Below, in pieces: positions 29,709-39,456 of a stretch of DNA of 64,000 nt. How positions within the stretch are numbered: position 1 is the stretch's first letter; each line of letters starts with the position of its first letter. Origin of the DNA: Candidatus Nomurabacteria bacterium (GTDB lineage Bacteria > Patescibacteriota > Minisyncoccia > Phycocordibacterales > UBA9973); assembly GCA_026395995.1 (NCBI GenBank), contig JAPLXQ010000011.1, positions 4,210-68,209 on the forward strand, in the 5' to 3' direction. The position numbers and the translations under genes are program-made. Below the pieces are notes generated by a model, which saw only the letters and a list, made by a program, of their open reading frames with translations, made no database searches and was not told where the DNA came from.

Positions 29709-30146
29709 ATGCAAATACACGATTTAAAAAGAGTACATAAGAATAAAACAGACCGTATTGTCGGACGTGGTGGAAAACACGCGAAGACATCTGGTCGTGG
29801 TACAAAAGGACAAAGTTCACGTGCTGGTAATAAGAAGCGCCCAGAACTCCGTGATATCATCAAGAAATTACCAAAACTTCGTGGTTACCGTACAAATTCT
29901 TACGAAATCAAACCTGCACATATTTCTCTAGATATGATTGTAAAAGTTTTTCCACAAGGTGGATTAATTACTCCTGCTATTCTCGTCGAGAAAAAAGCTG
30001 TGAAGAAATTTAAAGGCTTTACTCCAAAAGTAAAAATCTTAGGAGGTAAAGAAAAATTTGGAATCAAAATCCAAGTCTCAAAATGTAAAGTCTCATCTAC
30101 TGCAAAAGAAATGATCGAAAAGGCTGGTGGGGAAGTAACAATCTAA
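29709..30146 (+). CDS. rplO: 50S ribosomal protein L15
   Basis: L15 sequence. It follows rpsE directly, with only a 17 bp gap, so there is no L30 gene. Confidence 0.94.
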   Translation: MQIHDLKRVHKNKTDRIVGRGGKHAKTSGRGTKGQSSRAGNKKRPELRDIIKKLPKLRGYRTNSYEIKPAHISLDMIVKVFPQGGLITPAILVEKKAVKKFKGFTPKVKILGGKEKFGIKIQVSKCKVSSTAKEMIEKAGGEVTI

Positions 30147-30158
30147 CTATAAAATTAT

Positions 30159-31430
30159 ATGCAAAATTTCTTTAGTAAACTAAAAATTGTTTTCCAAGAT
30201 AAAGTTCTAAGGAAGAGAATCTTTTTTGTTCTTTTTGCTTTGATTATTTTCAGACTTTTAGCGACTATTCCAATTCCAGGTATTGATACTTTGGAGCTTT
30301 CACGTTTTCTTTCAAACAATCAATTCCTAGGTATTTTAAATATTTTCTCTGGTGGAGGATTGACCAATCTTTCTATTATCATGCTCGGTGTCGGTCCATA
30401 TATCACTGCTAGTATTATCATGCAGCTTTTGACTATCATGGTTCCAAAGTTCAAAGCTTTATACCAAGAAGAAGGTGAAATCGGACGAAAGAAATTTACT
30501 CAATACTCACGTTTGCTTGCTGTACCTCTAGCTGCTATTCAAGGCTTTGGTCTTTTGACTCTTCTTGCTCGTCAAAATATTTTAGGAAATTTGACTCCAT
30601 TTCAAATGGCTTCAAACCTTATTTTAATTATTGCTGGATCAATGCTACTTATGTGGATCGGAGAATTGATGTCTGAATTTGGTATCGGTAACGGTGTCTC
30701 ACTCATTATCTTTGCTGGTATTATTGCCAATATTCCTAGTCATATCAGTCAAATGATTTTCTCTTTTGATATTTCACAAATTCCTCTTTTCTTAGTCTTC
30801 TTAGTCGTCGGAATTATTGTTATTGCTGGTGTCGTCGTGGTGACAGAAGCAGAACGCCCTATTCCTGTGACTTATGCCAAGCAAGTGCGTGGTGCTAAGA
30901 TGACGAGTGGGGGAAGCACATATCTACCACTTCGTGTAAACCAAGCTGGAGTTATTCCAATTATCTTTGCTCTTTCAATTCTTCTTTTTCCACAAATGAT
31001 CGGTAATGTTTTAGCTAATTCTACACATGGATGGGTCTTGTCTATCTCTCATGCTTTGACAGCTTTTTCACAAGGAACTTGGCTATATACAGTTTTGTAT
31101 TTCATCCTTGTTTTCCTTTTCACATATTTCTATACAGCTGTCACTTTTGATCCTGAAGCTTTAGCTACAAACTTACAAAAGAATGGTGCCTTTATTCCAG
31201 GTATTCGCCCAGGAGCAAGTACATCAGAATACATTTCTAAGGTCTTAAATCGTATTACCTTACTCGGTGCTGCCTTCCTTGGTTTGATTGCTGTCTTGCC
31301 TCTAATTATGCGTTCTATCACTGGTGTCACTGCTATCGCTCTCGGTGGTACTGCACTCCTTATCGTCGTTTCTGTCGTCTTAGACTTGATCAAAAAAGTC
31401 GACGCTCAGATTTCAATGAGAGAGTACTAA
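30159..31430 (+). CDS. secY: preprotein translocase subunit SecY
   Basis: 423 aa, 10 TM helices, canonical SecY motifs. Confidence 0.96.
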   Translation: MQNFFSKLKIVFQDKVLRKRIFFVLFALIIFRLLATIPIPGIDTLELSRFLSNNQFLGILNIFSGGGLTNLSIIMLGVGPYITASIIMQLLTIMVPKFKALYQEEGEIGRKKFTQYSRLLAVPLAAIQGFGLLTLLARQNILGNLTPFQMASNLILIIAGSMLLMWIGELMSEFGIGNGVSLIIFAGIIANIPSHISQMIFSFDISQIPLFLVFLVVGIIVIAGVVVVTEAERPIPVTYAKQVRGAKMTSGGSTYLPLRVNQAGVIPIIFALSILLFPQMIGNVLANSTHGWVLSISHALTAFSQGTWLYTVLYFILVFLFTYFYTAVTFDPEALATNLQKNGAFIPGIRPGASTSEYISKVLNRITLLGAAFLGLIAVLPLIMRSITGVTAIALGGTALLIVVSVVLDLIKKVDAQISMREY

Positions 31431-31525
31431 TAATTTAATTTAACTTTCTTAAAAAGTGACACAAATTCTGCATAGGCAGAATTTGTGTCACTTTTGTTTT
31501 TTTATTATAGTATAATAAAATTATT

Positions 31526-32269
31526 ATGAAAAATTTATTAAAGATGATTGTATTGTGGGTTTTGTTCAGTATTTGTTTCTTTTGGCTTAGAAATCAATCA
31601 GGGTATAATGTAAATATTCTTGTGGCAGATTTGGGTGGCCTTACCTATTTATATTCTACAGTTGCAACAATTTTTGCTATTTTTGCAGCCTTTATAATTT
31701 TTTTTGAATCTGAACGTTGGAATAATCTCGTCGACGCTGTAAAAGGGGAAGTAGGACAACTTAATGAATTATGGTTATGGTCTCGTCATCTTCCTGAAAA
31801 ATTAAAAAATAGTTTTTCTATAAATATAAAAACCTATCTTCAAGTCATTTTAGATCAAGAATGGCAAGAAAAAAACAAGAAAGATATAAGAGCTAATAAG
31901 GTACTCGATGCTCTTCATAAAGATATATATGATGTTTTAATTGAACAACCTAGTATGATGCCTACAGCTTCTGCTTCATTTAATGATTTAATAAAATTTC
32001 GTGAAAAAAGGATTCATTATTTATCTTTTAGATTGCCGAAAATGCTGAAAATAACACTTTTATTCAATTCAGTATTATTGTTAATTTTTTCTATTTTAAT
32101 TGGAGTTTACAATATATATCTTGATTACTTTTTTGTTCTTGGTATTTTTTCTCTTATTTATATAATCTACTCATTAATTCACGACATGGATAATCCGACA
32201 GTTAAGGGTAGTTTTCATATGGATACTTATGATTATCAAGAATTACTTACGAACATAAACAATCAATAA
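31526..32269 (+). CDS. membrane hypothetical protein
   Basis: Multiple TM helices; no motif match. Confidence 0.4.
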   Translation: MKNLLKMIVLWVLFSICFFWLRNQSGYNVNILVADLGGLTYLYSTVATIFAIFAAFIIFFESERWNNLVDAVKGEVGQLNELWLWSRHLPEKLKNSFSINIKTYLQVILDQEWQEKNKKDIRANKVLDALHKDIYDVLIEQPSMMPTASASFNDLIKFREKRIHYLSFRLPKMLKITLLFNSVLLLIFSILIGVYNIYLDYFFVLGIFSLIYIIYSLIHDMDNPTVKGSFHMDTYDYQELLTNINNQ

Positions 32270-32396
32270 ATTCTAAAAACTTTAGAAAGTTCTTCAAAAT
32301 TTACTGTATAAATTATACAGCTATTGCTATTTTTGTGAAATTATGTAATAATATTTGTAGAAATAATTTAAATCGATCATTAAAAATTAGGTCTAA

Positions 32397-33242
32397 ATGA
32401 AAAAAATAAAAATTTTAGTTACCATTTTCATGGCGTTTTTGGTAGCCCAGTCTTCTGTTGCTCAAGACTCAATTAGTCGTAATCAAGACACAATATTTCT
32501 TGAGAAAGATGACATTGTTGCAAACTTTATCCTTCCTTTAATTCTCGAAGAAGCTTATGATAAAGAAAATTTAAATCAAAAGATTACTAAGCTTCGTACA
32601 AAGTATGATGTGCCAAAAGATTGGCTTATCTATGATGTGATACCAGACAGTGCTTATTTTAAACGTCTGAATATCGAAGAAGATGATAATAAGGAAAATA
32701 CTCGTGATGAAATCTGGAGACGACAAAATGAGCTAGAGTATGATTATGTGATGGATACTCCTGAAAATATTACCAAAGATCTTCCTGGAGCTGTGTCGTA
32801 TTATGATAGTGTTGTACATTTACCAGATACTATTGTAAGTGAAACGACCATGTTACATGAATATATTCATCAAATAGTGAGAGGTGGTAAGGATATTACC
32901 GAATATGCCACGAAACTTTATCGTAAAGCTTTTGATTCTACAAAAGTTTCCTCTGACACTTTATTTTTTAAAAACAAAAAAGGTGTTTGGGTAAAAACTT
33001 CTTTTACAGAAAGAAGCTATTATGGTAATCCTGTTGAAATTTATGCTTTTCAGAAAGAATTTCATTTCCTTTATTGTAAGCTCACTGGTAAAAGTTATGG
33101 TGATGGTTTCACTGAGTGTGATTATGATAAGGCAATGGAAATGTTAAAAAAAGGAGTTTTTGATAATGAGAAAAATATTATGATATTTTTAAAAATTATA
33201 AAACATGAATATTTTATTAAAATCATAAACACAATCGCTTAA
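32397..33242 (+). CDS. secreted hypothetical protein
   Basis: Signal peptide MKKIKILVTIFMAFLVAQSSVAQ. Confidence 0.45.
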   Translation: MKKIKILVTIFMAFLVAQSSVAQDSISRNQDTIFLEKDDIVANFILPLILEEAYDKENLNQKITKLRTKYDVPKDWLIYDVIPDSAYFKRLNIEEDDNKENTRDEIWRRQNELEYDYVMDTPENITKDLPGAVSYYDSVVHLPDTIVSETTMLHEYIHQIVRGGKDITEYATKLYRKAFDSTKVSSDTLFFKNKKGVWVKTSFTERSYYGNPVEIYAFQKEFHFLYCKLTGKSYGDGFTECDYDKAMEMLKKGVFDNEKNIMIFLKIIKHEYFIKIINTIA

Positions 33243-33278
33243 AATACAAAATACACAGGAGAGCCCTGTGTATTTTTT

Positions 33279-33845
33279 TTATTGTTCAAGCCACTTTTTA
33301 TAGGCTTCGACGATTATATTTACTACTTGGTTTAGATTATTTTTATCTGTATCTATCACTAAATCAAAATTGTTTTTGTCCGTATGGTCGAGATTGTACA
33401 TTTCTTTATATCTTTTCTTTTCACTTTCTAATCGACGAGTGATTTTTTGAAATATTTCTTCTTCAGTCAGTGATTCTTCGCTTTCTCTACGTAATTTATT
33501 TTCTTTTAGATTGTTTAATATTCTACTCTTTGAAATTTCTGGCGGTAAGTCTAAATAGATTTTGAAAGATTCTGGAATCCAATGAAAGGCTAGGCGAGAA
33601 TCAATGACAACTCTAGTCATCTCACCAGCTTTTCGTACTTGTTCGTCGATTTTTTCATCAACACTTTTGTCTGTTTCAGCTTGAATAGAAAGTTCGTTTA
33701 AAGTCATACCCAGGTCGACGGCGGCTTGGCGCATAAAATCTCCTGAAGAAAAACGTCCAAAACCCAAGACTCTGGCTACATTGTCGGCCGTACTAGACTT
33801 ACCGCTACCGATGCCTCCAGCAATAGTTATAATCTCTTTTTTCAT
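33279..33845 (-). CDS. cmk: cytidylate kinase-like P-loop NMP kinase
   Basis: IITIAGGIGSGKSS Walker A; size and architecture of archaeal-type CMP kinase. Confidence 0.65.
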   Translation of the reverse strand: MKKEIITIAGGIGSGKSSTADNVARVLGFGRFSSGDFMRQAAVDLGMTLNELSIQAETDKSVDEKIDEQVRKAGEMTRVVIDSRLAFHWIPESFKIYLDLPPEISKSRILNNLKENKLRRESEESLTEEEIFQKITRRLESEKKRYKEMYNLDHTDKNNFDLVIDTDKNNLNQVVNIIVEAYKKWLEQ

Positions 33846-33876
33846 AAGTATATTAAAGCATAATTCAAGATTAAAT

Positions 33877-33946
33877 TCACCCCACCCCTAACCCCTCCCC
33901 ATTTTCTGCAAAAAATGGGGAGGGGTGACGAAGTCGGGGAGGGGTC
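33877..33946. repeat. GC-rich palindromic repeat (CCCCTCCCC ... GGGGAGGGG x2)
   Basis: Hairpin cccctcccc/ggggagggg with a duplicated 3' arm, in the divergent intergenic region between cmk and adk. Confidence 0.8.
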
Positions 33947-33976
33947 ATTGATTTTGCCTTTAATTTCCTGTATTCT

Positions 33977-34576
33977 GTGTGTATGCAATCACAAACATTC
34001 GTATTTTTTGGTATCGCTGGTTCTGGAAAGGGGACGCAAATACAATTACTTATAGATTTATTGAAATCTAAGGATAATAAAGAGATTATTCATGCTTATA
34101 CAGGTAATGAATATAGAAAAATAGTAGAGACACATAGTCAGACAGCTGATTTGGTTAGAAAGGTCCTAAATGAAGGAGGTTTACAACCAGACTTTCTTAC
34201 AAACTCTGTTTTTATGAATCTTTTAATAAATACTATTTCAGAAGACAATCATATTATTACAGATGGATATCCTCGTAGTGTCATACAATCAGAATTTTTT
34301 GAAAAAGCGATGGATTTTTATGGTAGAAAAAATATTCATATTGTAAATATTCAAGTTAGCAAAGAAGAAGCTTTAAAGAGAATGTTACTTCGTGCGAGAA
34401 CTGATGATAATCCAAAAGCAATTGAAAATCGTTGTAATGAATATTTCAACAAAGTTTTACCAGCGATGGAGTATTTTAGAATAAAGAGTAATTATATAAT
34501 TCATGATATCAATGGCCATCAGACAATAGAAGAAGTTTCAAAAGACATTATTAAATCTTTAAATTTCGAAAATTAA
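33977..34576 (+). CDS. adk: adenylate kinase-like NMP kinase
   Basis: GIAGSGKGTQ P-loop and DGYPRS motif. Confidence 0.75.
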   Translation: MCMQSQTFVFFGIAGSGKGTQIQLLIDLLKSKDNKEIIHAYTGNEYRKIVETHSQTADLVRKVLNEGGLQPDFLTNSVFMNLLINTISEDNHIITDGYPRSVIQSEFFEKAMDFYGRKNIHIVNIQVSKEEALKRMLLRARTDDNPKAIENRCNEYFNKVLPAMEYFRIKSNYIIHDINGHQTIEEVSKDIIKSLNFEN

Positions 34577-34577
34577 T

Positions 34578-35261
34578 ATGGAACAAGAAAAAATCATTAT
34601 TTCTCTCGGAGGTTCACTAATAGTCCCAAATGAGATAGATATTGATTTTTTGACAGAATTTAAAAAAATAATTTTGTCTCAAATAGAAAAAGGCAAGAAG
34701 TTCATTATAATTACAGGTGGAGGCAAGATTGCTAGAAAATATCAATCAGCCTTGAAAGAAATATCTAATCCATCACTCGAGCATTTGGACTGGCTAGGAA
34801 TATACTCTACTCGTTTGAATGCCGAATTTTTAGGATTATTTTTTACGGGCACGGCAGAAGAAAAAATAATTACTGACCCTACATTACCAGTGAATTTTGA
34901 AAAACCATTGATTATTGGTGCCGGCTGGAAGCCGGGATGGAGTACAGACTATGATGCAGTACTTTTAGCTAAATCCATAAATGCAAAGAGAGTTATCAAT
35001 CTTTCAAATATTGATTTTGCTTATGATAAAGATCCAAACAAATATCCAGATGCAAAAAAATTGGAAAATATTTCTTGGTCTGAATACCGAGAATTAATTC
35101 CAAAAGAATGGAATCCAGGACTCAGTACCCCTTTTGATCCGATAGCTTCAGGTGTAGCAGAGAGTGAGGGTATAGAGGTAGCAATATTAAATGGTAAGAA
35201 TATAGAAAATTTAGAGAATTGTTTAAATAATTTAGAATTTATAGGAACAAAAATAAAATGA
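34578..35261 (+). CDS. pyrH: UMP kinase, archaeal/short type (amino-acid kinase fold)
   Basis: IISLGGSLIVP...IIITGGGKIAR motifs; 227 aa. Confidence 0.65.
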   Translation: MEQEKIIISLGGSLIVPNEIDIDFLTEFKKIILSQIEKGKKFIIITGGGKIARKYQSALKEISNPSLEHLDWLGIYSTRLNAEFLGLFFTGTAEEKIITDPTLPVNFEKPLIIGAGWKPGWSTDYDAVLLAKSINAKRVINLSNIDFAYDKDPNKYPDAKKLENISWSEYRELIPKEWNPGLSTPFDPIASGVAESEGIEVAILNGKNIENLENCLNNLEFIGTKIK

Positions 35262-36028
35262 TAATAATAAAGACAGATGAACAAATAAATATTATTCGCG
35301 AAGGAGGCAAACACCTTGCCTCTGTTTTGTATAAGGTCAAAGACTTTATAAAACCAGGTCTTTCGACAAAAGATTTAGATATGTACGCAGAAAAACTAAT
35401 TCGTGAGTACGGAGATACTCCAGCTTTTTTGAATTATCGACCAGTTGGTGCCAAAAAACCCTTCCCAGCGTCCTTGTGTGTTTCTGTGAACGATGAAGTG
35501 GTACATGGTATTCCTAAAAAAGATAGAATTCTTGTCGAAGGAGATATTGTCTGTATTGACCTCGGAGTAAAACATAAGGGTATGTTTACCGATATGGCTT
35601 TGACTGTGGCTGTAGGTAAAATCAGTGCTGAAGATAAAAAACTCTTGGAAGTTACCGAGCAAGCTTTACACGTAGGAATCGCCGCTGCGAAGGCTGGGGC
35701 GCGTGTAGGGGACATTGGTTATGCTATTGAGACTTTTGTAAAAGCAAAAGGGAAATACGGAATCGTCGATGTGTTATCTGGTCATGGTGTCGGAGTAGAA
35801 ATACACGAAGATCCATATATACCAAACTTTGGTAAAAAGGGGACAGGAATTATTTTGAAAAAAGGGATGGTGATAGCTATTGAACCGATGCTAAACCTTG
35901 GATCAAAAAATGTCATGATTGCAAAAGATGATTGGACTATTAAAACAACAGATAAAAAAAGAAGCGCACACTTTGAATGCACGATAGCCATCACTGATGA
36001 TGAACCTGAAATTCTAACTAAAATATAA
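35258..36028 (+). CDS. map: type I methionine aminopeptidase
   Basis: Pita-bread fold motifs (VHGIP, DIVCIDLG, SGHGVG, EPM). Confidence 0.92.
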   Translation: MIIIKTDEQINIIREGGKHLASVLYKVKDFIKPGLSTKDLDMYAEKLIREYGDTPAFLNYRPVGAKKPFPASLCVSVNDEVVHGIPKKDRILVEGDIVCIDLGVKHKGMFTDMALTVAVGKISAEDKKLLEVTEQALHVGIAAAKAGARVGDIGYAIETFVKAKGKYGIVDVLSGHGVGVEIHEDPYIPNFGKKGTGIILKKGMVIAIEPMLNLGSKNVMIAKDDWTIKTTDKKRSAHFECTIAITDDEPEILTKI

Positions 36029-36068
36029 AACAAAAAAAACCGCCAGTGGCGGTTTTTTTTGGGATTAT

Positions 36069-36485
36069 TTATCCAGCCACACTGTGACTAGTAGTACCCC
36101 ATTTCACTTCTTTCGAAGTTTTGTAAAAAATCTTTTTATCTTCAGTAAGCCCAAGAACACCTTCATATCCATCTGCTTCAGCATCAGATATAAATTTTGC
36201 CATTTCTTCTGCTGTAGGTCTTGAAACTAATCCTTTACTTGCCCAAGTGTTAATCTTAGTATTTACACTTTTTAATAAAGCATCTTTTTTATTTGGTAGC
36301 ATTTCTTTTATTTTACTAGTTAAGGCATTTACTCTGTCTTTAAATGAGAAAGACCTTTTATCTTCTTTTGTGAATTGTCTACCTCCGTTTTCTGGCTCTC
36401 CTTTAATTCCTTGTTCAGCAATTTTATGAATTAATTCTTTGTTTGTAATTTCCTCGTTTGTTTTTTGTGTTAATTTTTCTTTCAT
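36069..36485 (-). CDS. hypothetical protein
   Basis: Start at MKEKLTQ; divergent from the T4CP-like ATPase gene. Confidence 0.4.
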   Translation of the reverse strand: MKEKLTQKTNEEITNKELIHKIAEQGIKGEPENGGRQFTKEDKRSFSFKDRVNALTSKIKEMLPNKKDALLKSVNTKINTWASKGLVSRPTAEEMAKFISDAEADGYEGVLGLTEDKKIFYKTSKEVKWGTTSHSVAG

Positions 36486-36532
36486 ATATTTATATACTAT
36501 TTTTATAATTTCTTTTACGCTATAATAATAGC

Positions 36533-39280
36533 ATGGAATCAATATTTAAAGATATGCCAAAGTTCAAGTCTCCAGATGAGGAGCTTAGTTATTTACGTAA
36601 GCATGTCGCCGAAAGAGAACAAGCCTTGATAGACAAAGGTCATTTTGAAAATGCGATTGAAAATGCAAGTAACGAAGTCATTACAGAATACATGCAAGCT
36701 CCAGCAGAAAAGGTAATCCATAAAGATATTTTAATTAAAGAAAAAGAATCAGAGGCGATTGTTTTAAAATTAAAACCTGAAGCTCATGACGTAGTGATGG
36801 AAGAAATTCTTGGAATTCTTTTAACTAAAGGAATAAAAAATGCTATGTCGATAGTGGAATCAATGAATAGTCCCCATATTGACGACGATTTTCATCGCTT
36901 ATTAATTCAATATTTAAAAACTGGTGAAATACTTTCTGATCTAAAAGAAGGTTCACCTCTTTGGAAAGAATTGAACATGACACTTTTTGAAGTCACACTA
37001 CCACCATCAAATGATGGCAGTGAAAAGAGAGGTTTCAAAGATTTCATCGGAGCGATGGAGCAGTTTTACGCTGGAATGCAGTCTATTTCTAATGGGTTGA
37101 ATAATGAAAATGAAAATTATTTTACACTTGAGATTGCTTTGGGTAACCAGAGTGATGAAGTCGTCGTCTACGCTGGAGTACCAAATGAATATCTTTCTCT
37201 TTTTGAAAAACAAATTTTAGCTTTTTACGATAATGCCAAGATTATGGAAGTATCTGACGATTACAATATTTTTGCAGACAAGGGCCATTCTGCTGGGGCC
37301 TATGCTCATTTTTATGAAAAACCAATCTTGCCGGTAAAGACTTATGAAGAAATAGATCATGATCCAATGAATACTATTTTGAATGTTTTTTCGAAATTAA
37401 AAAAGGGAGGGGAGGGTGCAGCGATTCAGCTGATTGTTTGTCCAGCTGGAGATAGATTTACCAAAGAATTCCATATGATTTTGAATGAGGTTAAAGCAGG
37501 AAGCTCTATCAAGCATGCTTCTGATAATTTTTACAAATTACATAAAGCTTTTTGGTCAGCCTCAAAAGAATTAATTTTTGGACCAAAGAAAAAAGAAGAT
37601 GAGACAAAAAAATACAGTGAAGGTTTTCGTGTTGTCGATGAAGGTGGTGCAGAAAAAATTGCTAACAAGCTAAAGAGTACTATTATGAAGGCTAATATTC
37701 GTATTGTGACTTCGGCCGATAGCACTGAGCGAGCAGAAGTAATCTTGAAAGAAATAGAATCTTCTTTTAATCAATTTACTTTACCTGGAAATAATTCTTT
37801 TGTTTTTGAAAAATCTAATGGTAATGATTTGAAAAAACTTTTTCATGATTTTTCTTATCGAGCTTTTACTCCACATGAGACATTACCGATGAATTTAAAA
37901 GAGCTCGCTTCAGTCTTTCATTTTCCTGTCGGAATTTCATCTCAACCACAACTCAAAGAAGCCAAAGCTGGTATTGCTCCTGCTCCAATGGAAATGGGTG
38001 ATGAAGGTATTGTCCTCGGTGTAAATAGTTATAGAGGTAAAGATACAGAGATACGTATGACTCGTGAAGATCGTGTACGTCATATGTACGTAATCGGACA
38101 GACAGGTACCGGTAAGACAAATATTTTGCTTAATATGATTACTCAAGATATTAAGAATGGTGATGGTTGTTGTTATATCGATCCACACGGTACAGATATT
38201 CAAACTATTCTTTCTCGTATTCCAAAAGAGCGTATTGATGATGTTATTTATTTTGATCCTGCTTATACGGCACGTCCTATGGGATTAAATATGCTTGAAT
38301 ACGATCCACGTTATCCAGAACAAAAGACATTCGTAGTAAATGAATTGATGGGTATTTTTAATAAACTCTTTACTAAAGAATCTATGGGTCCGATGTTTGA
38401 ACAGTATTTTAAAAACTCAGCTTTCCTCATAATGGATGATCCAGAAACTCCAGGAACATTGCTTGAGATTACTCGTGTCCTTGGTAATAAAGAATATCGC
38501 GATTCACTTCTCGCTAAGTGTAAAAATCAAATCATTAAAGAATTTTGGCGCAGTGCAGAGGCAACAACAGGGGACCAATCAATTGCAAACTTCGTACCGT
38601 ATATTTCATCAAAATTCGATAACTTCATTTCCAACGATATTATGCGCCCAGTTGTACTTCAACAAAAATCCGTTTTCAACTTCCGTGAGATTATGGACAA
38701 CAAAAAAATACTCTTGGTAAATCTTTCAAAAGGAAGACTGGGAGATATAAATGCGAACCTTATCGGCCTATTGCTCGTCGGTAAAATACAAATGGCAGCA
38801 CTTTCTCGTGTAGATATGTTTGGTCAAAAGATGAATGATTTTTATTTGTATATCGATGAATTCCAAAATGTCACCACTGATTCTATCTCCTCAATTCTTT
38901 CTGAAGCTCGTAAATATCGTCTGTCTCTAAATATTGCACATCAATATATTTCTCAGCTTGATGAAGGAATTAAAAATGCCGTCTTTGGTAACGTCGGATC
39001 TATGGCTGTATTCCGTATCTCGCCTGAAGATGCGGCTTTTCTAGAACCAAAATTCAAACCGACATTTTCCGCTTCTGATATTATAAAAATTGATAACTAT
39101 AATGCCTATGTCTCAATGCTCGTAAAAGGTCAGCCGACAAAACCATTCAATATGCATACGATTGCTCCAGAAGCAGGAAATCCAGAAATTGTCGATGCTT
39201 TGAAAGAACTTTCATATCTAAAATACGGTCGCGACCGTGAAGAGATTGAAGAGGAAATCATGGCGAGGTATTCGAGTTAG
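36533..39280 (+). CDS. VirD4/TraG/TraD-family (type IV coupling protein-like) P-loop ATPase with a large soluble N-terminal domain
   Basis: Walker A GQTGTGKTN, Walker B YIDEFQN, and C-terminal 'RKYRLSLNIAHQYISQL...FGNVGSMAVFR' matching the TraG-D_C / T4CP motif. No N-terminal TM helices. Confidence 0.6.
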   Translation: MESIFKDMPKFKSPDEELSYLRKHVAEREQALIDKGHFENAIENASNEVITEYMQAPAEKVIHKDILIKEKESEAIVLKLKPEAHDVVMEEILGILLTKGIKNAMSIVESMNSPHIDDDFHRLLIQYLKTGEILSDLKEGSPLWKELNMTLFEVTLPPSNDGSEKRGFKDFIGAMEQFYAGMQSISNGLNNENENYFTLEIALGNQSDEVVVYAGVPNEYLSLFEKQILAFYDNAKIMEVSDDYNIFADKGHSAGAYAHFYEKPILPVKTYEEIDHDPMNTILNVFSKLKKGGEGAAIQLIVCPAGDRFTKEFHMILNEVKAGSSIKHASDNFYKLHKAFWSASKELIFGPKKKEDETKKYSEGFRVVDEGGAEKIANKLKSTIMKANIRIVTSADSTERAEVILKEIESSFNQFTLPGNNSFVFEKSNGNDLKKLFHDFSYRAFTPHETLPMNLKELASVFHFPVGISSQPQLKEAKAGIAPAPMEMGDEGIVLGVNSYRGKDTEIRMTREDRVRHMYVIGQTGTGKTNILLNMITQDIKNGDGCCYIDPHGTDIQTILSRIPKERIDDVIYFDPAYTARPMGLNMLEYDPRYPEQKTFVVNELMGIFNKLFTKESMGPMFEQYFKNSAFLIMDDPETPGTLLEITRVLGNKEYRDSLLAKCKNQIIKEFWRSAEATTGDQSIANFVPYISSKFDNFISNDIMRPVVLQQKSVFNFREIMDNKKILLVNLSKGRLGDINANLIGLLLVGKIQMAALSRVDMFGQKMNDFYLYIDEFQNVTTDSISSILSEARKYRLSLNIAHQYISQLDEGIKNAVFGNVGSMAVFRISPEDAAFLEPKFKPTFSASDIIKIDNYNAYVSMLVKGQPTKPFNMHTIAPEAGNPEIVDALKELSYLKYGRDREEIEEEIMARYSS

Positions 39281-39287
39281 GATTTTT

Positions 39288-39380
39288 TCTTCTTCCTCCC
39301 ATTAGCTAAGGGGAGGACTGAGGTGGTGTGCTGAATTTTGCACCCCTCCCAACCTCCCCCTTGGCGAAGGGGGAGGAGAA
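39288..39380. repeat. GC-rich triple-hairpin intergenic repeat (copy B)
   Basis: About 90% identical to 9524-9612; again immediately after a stop codon. Confidence 0.85.
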
Positions 39381-39393
39381 AACAATTCTTATT

Positions 39394-39423
39394 TTGCAAA
39401 ATCGTTATTTTCTGCTAGTATAG
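39394..39423 (+). promoter_or_regulatory. promoter TTGCAA-N16-TAGTAT with TCTGCTAGTATAGG box (upstream of ndk)
   Basis: Third copy of the conserved box. Confidence 0.45.
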
Positions 39424-39456
39424 GCTTATTAGTATTTTAATTTAAGAAAAAAATTT

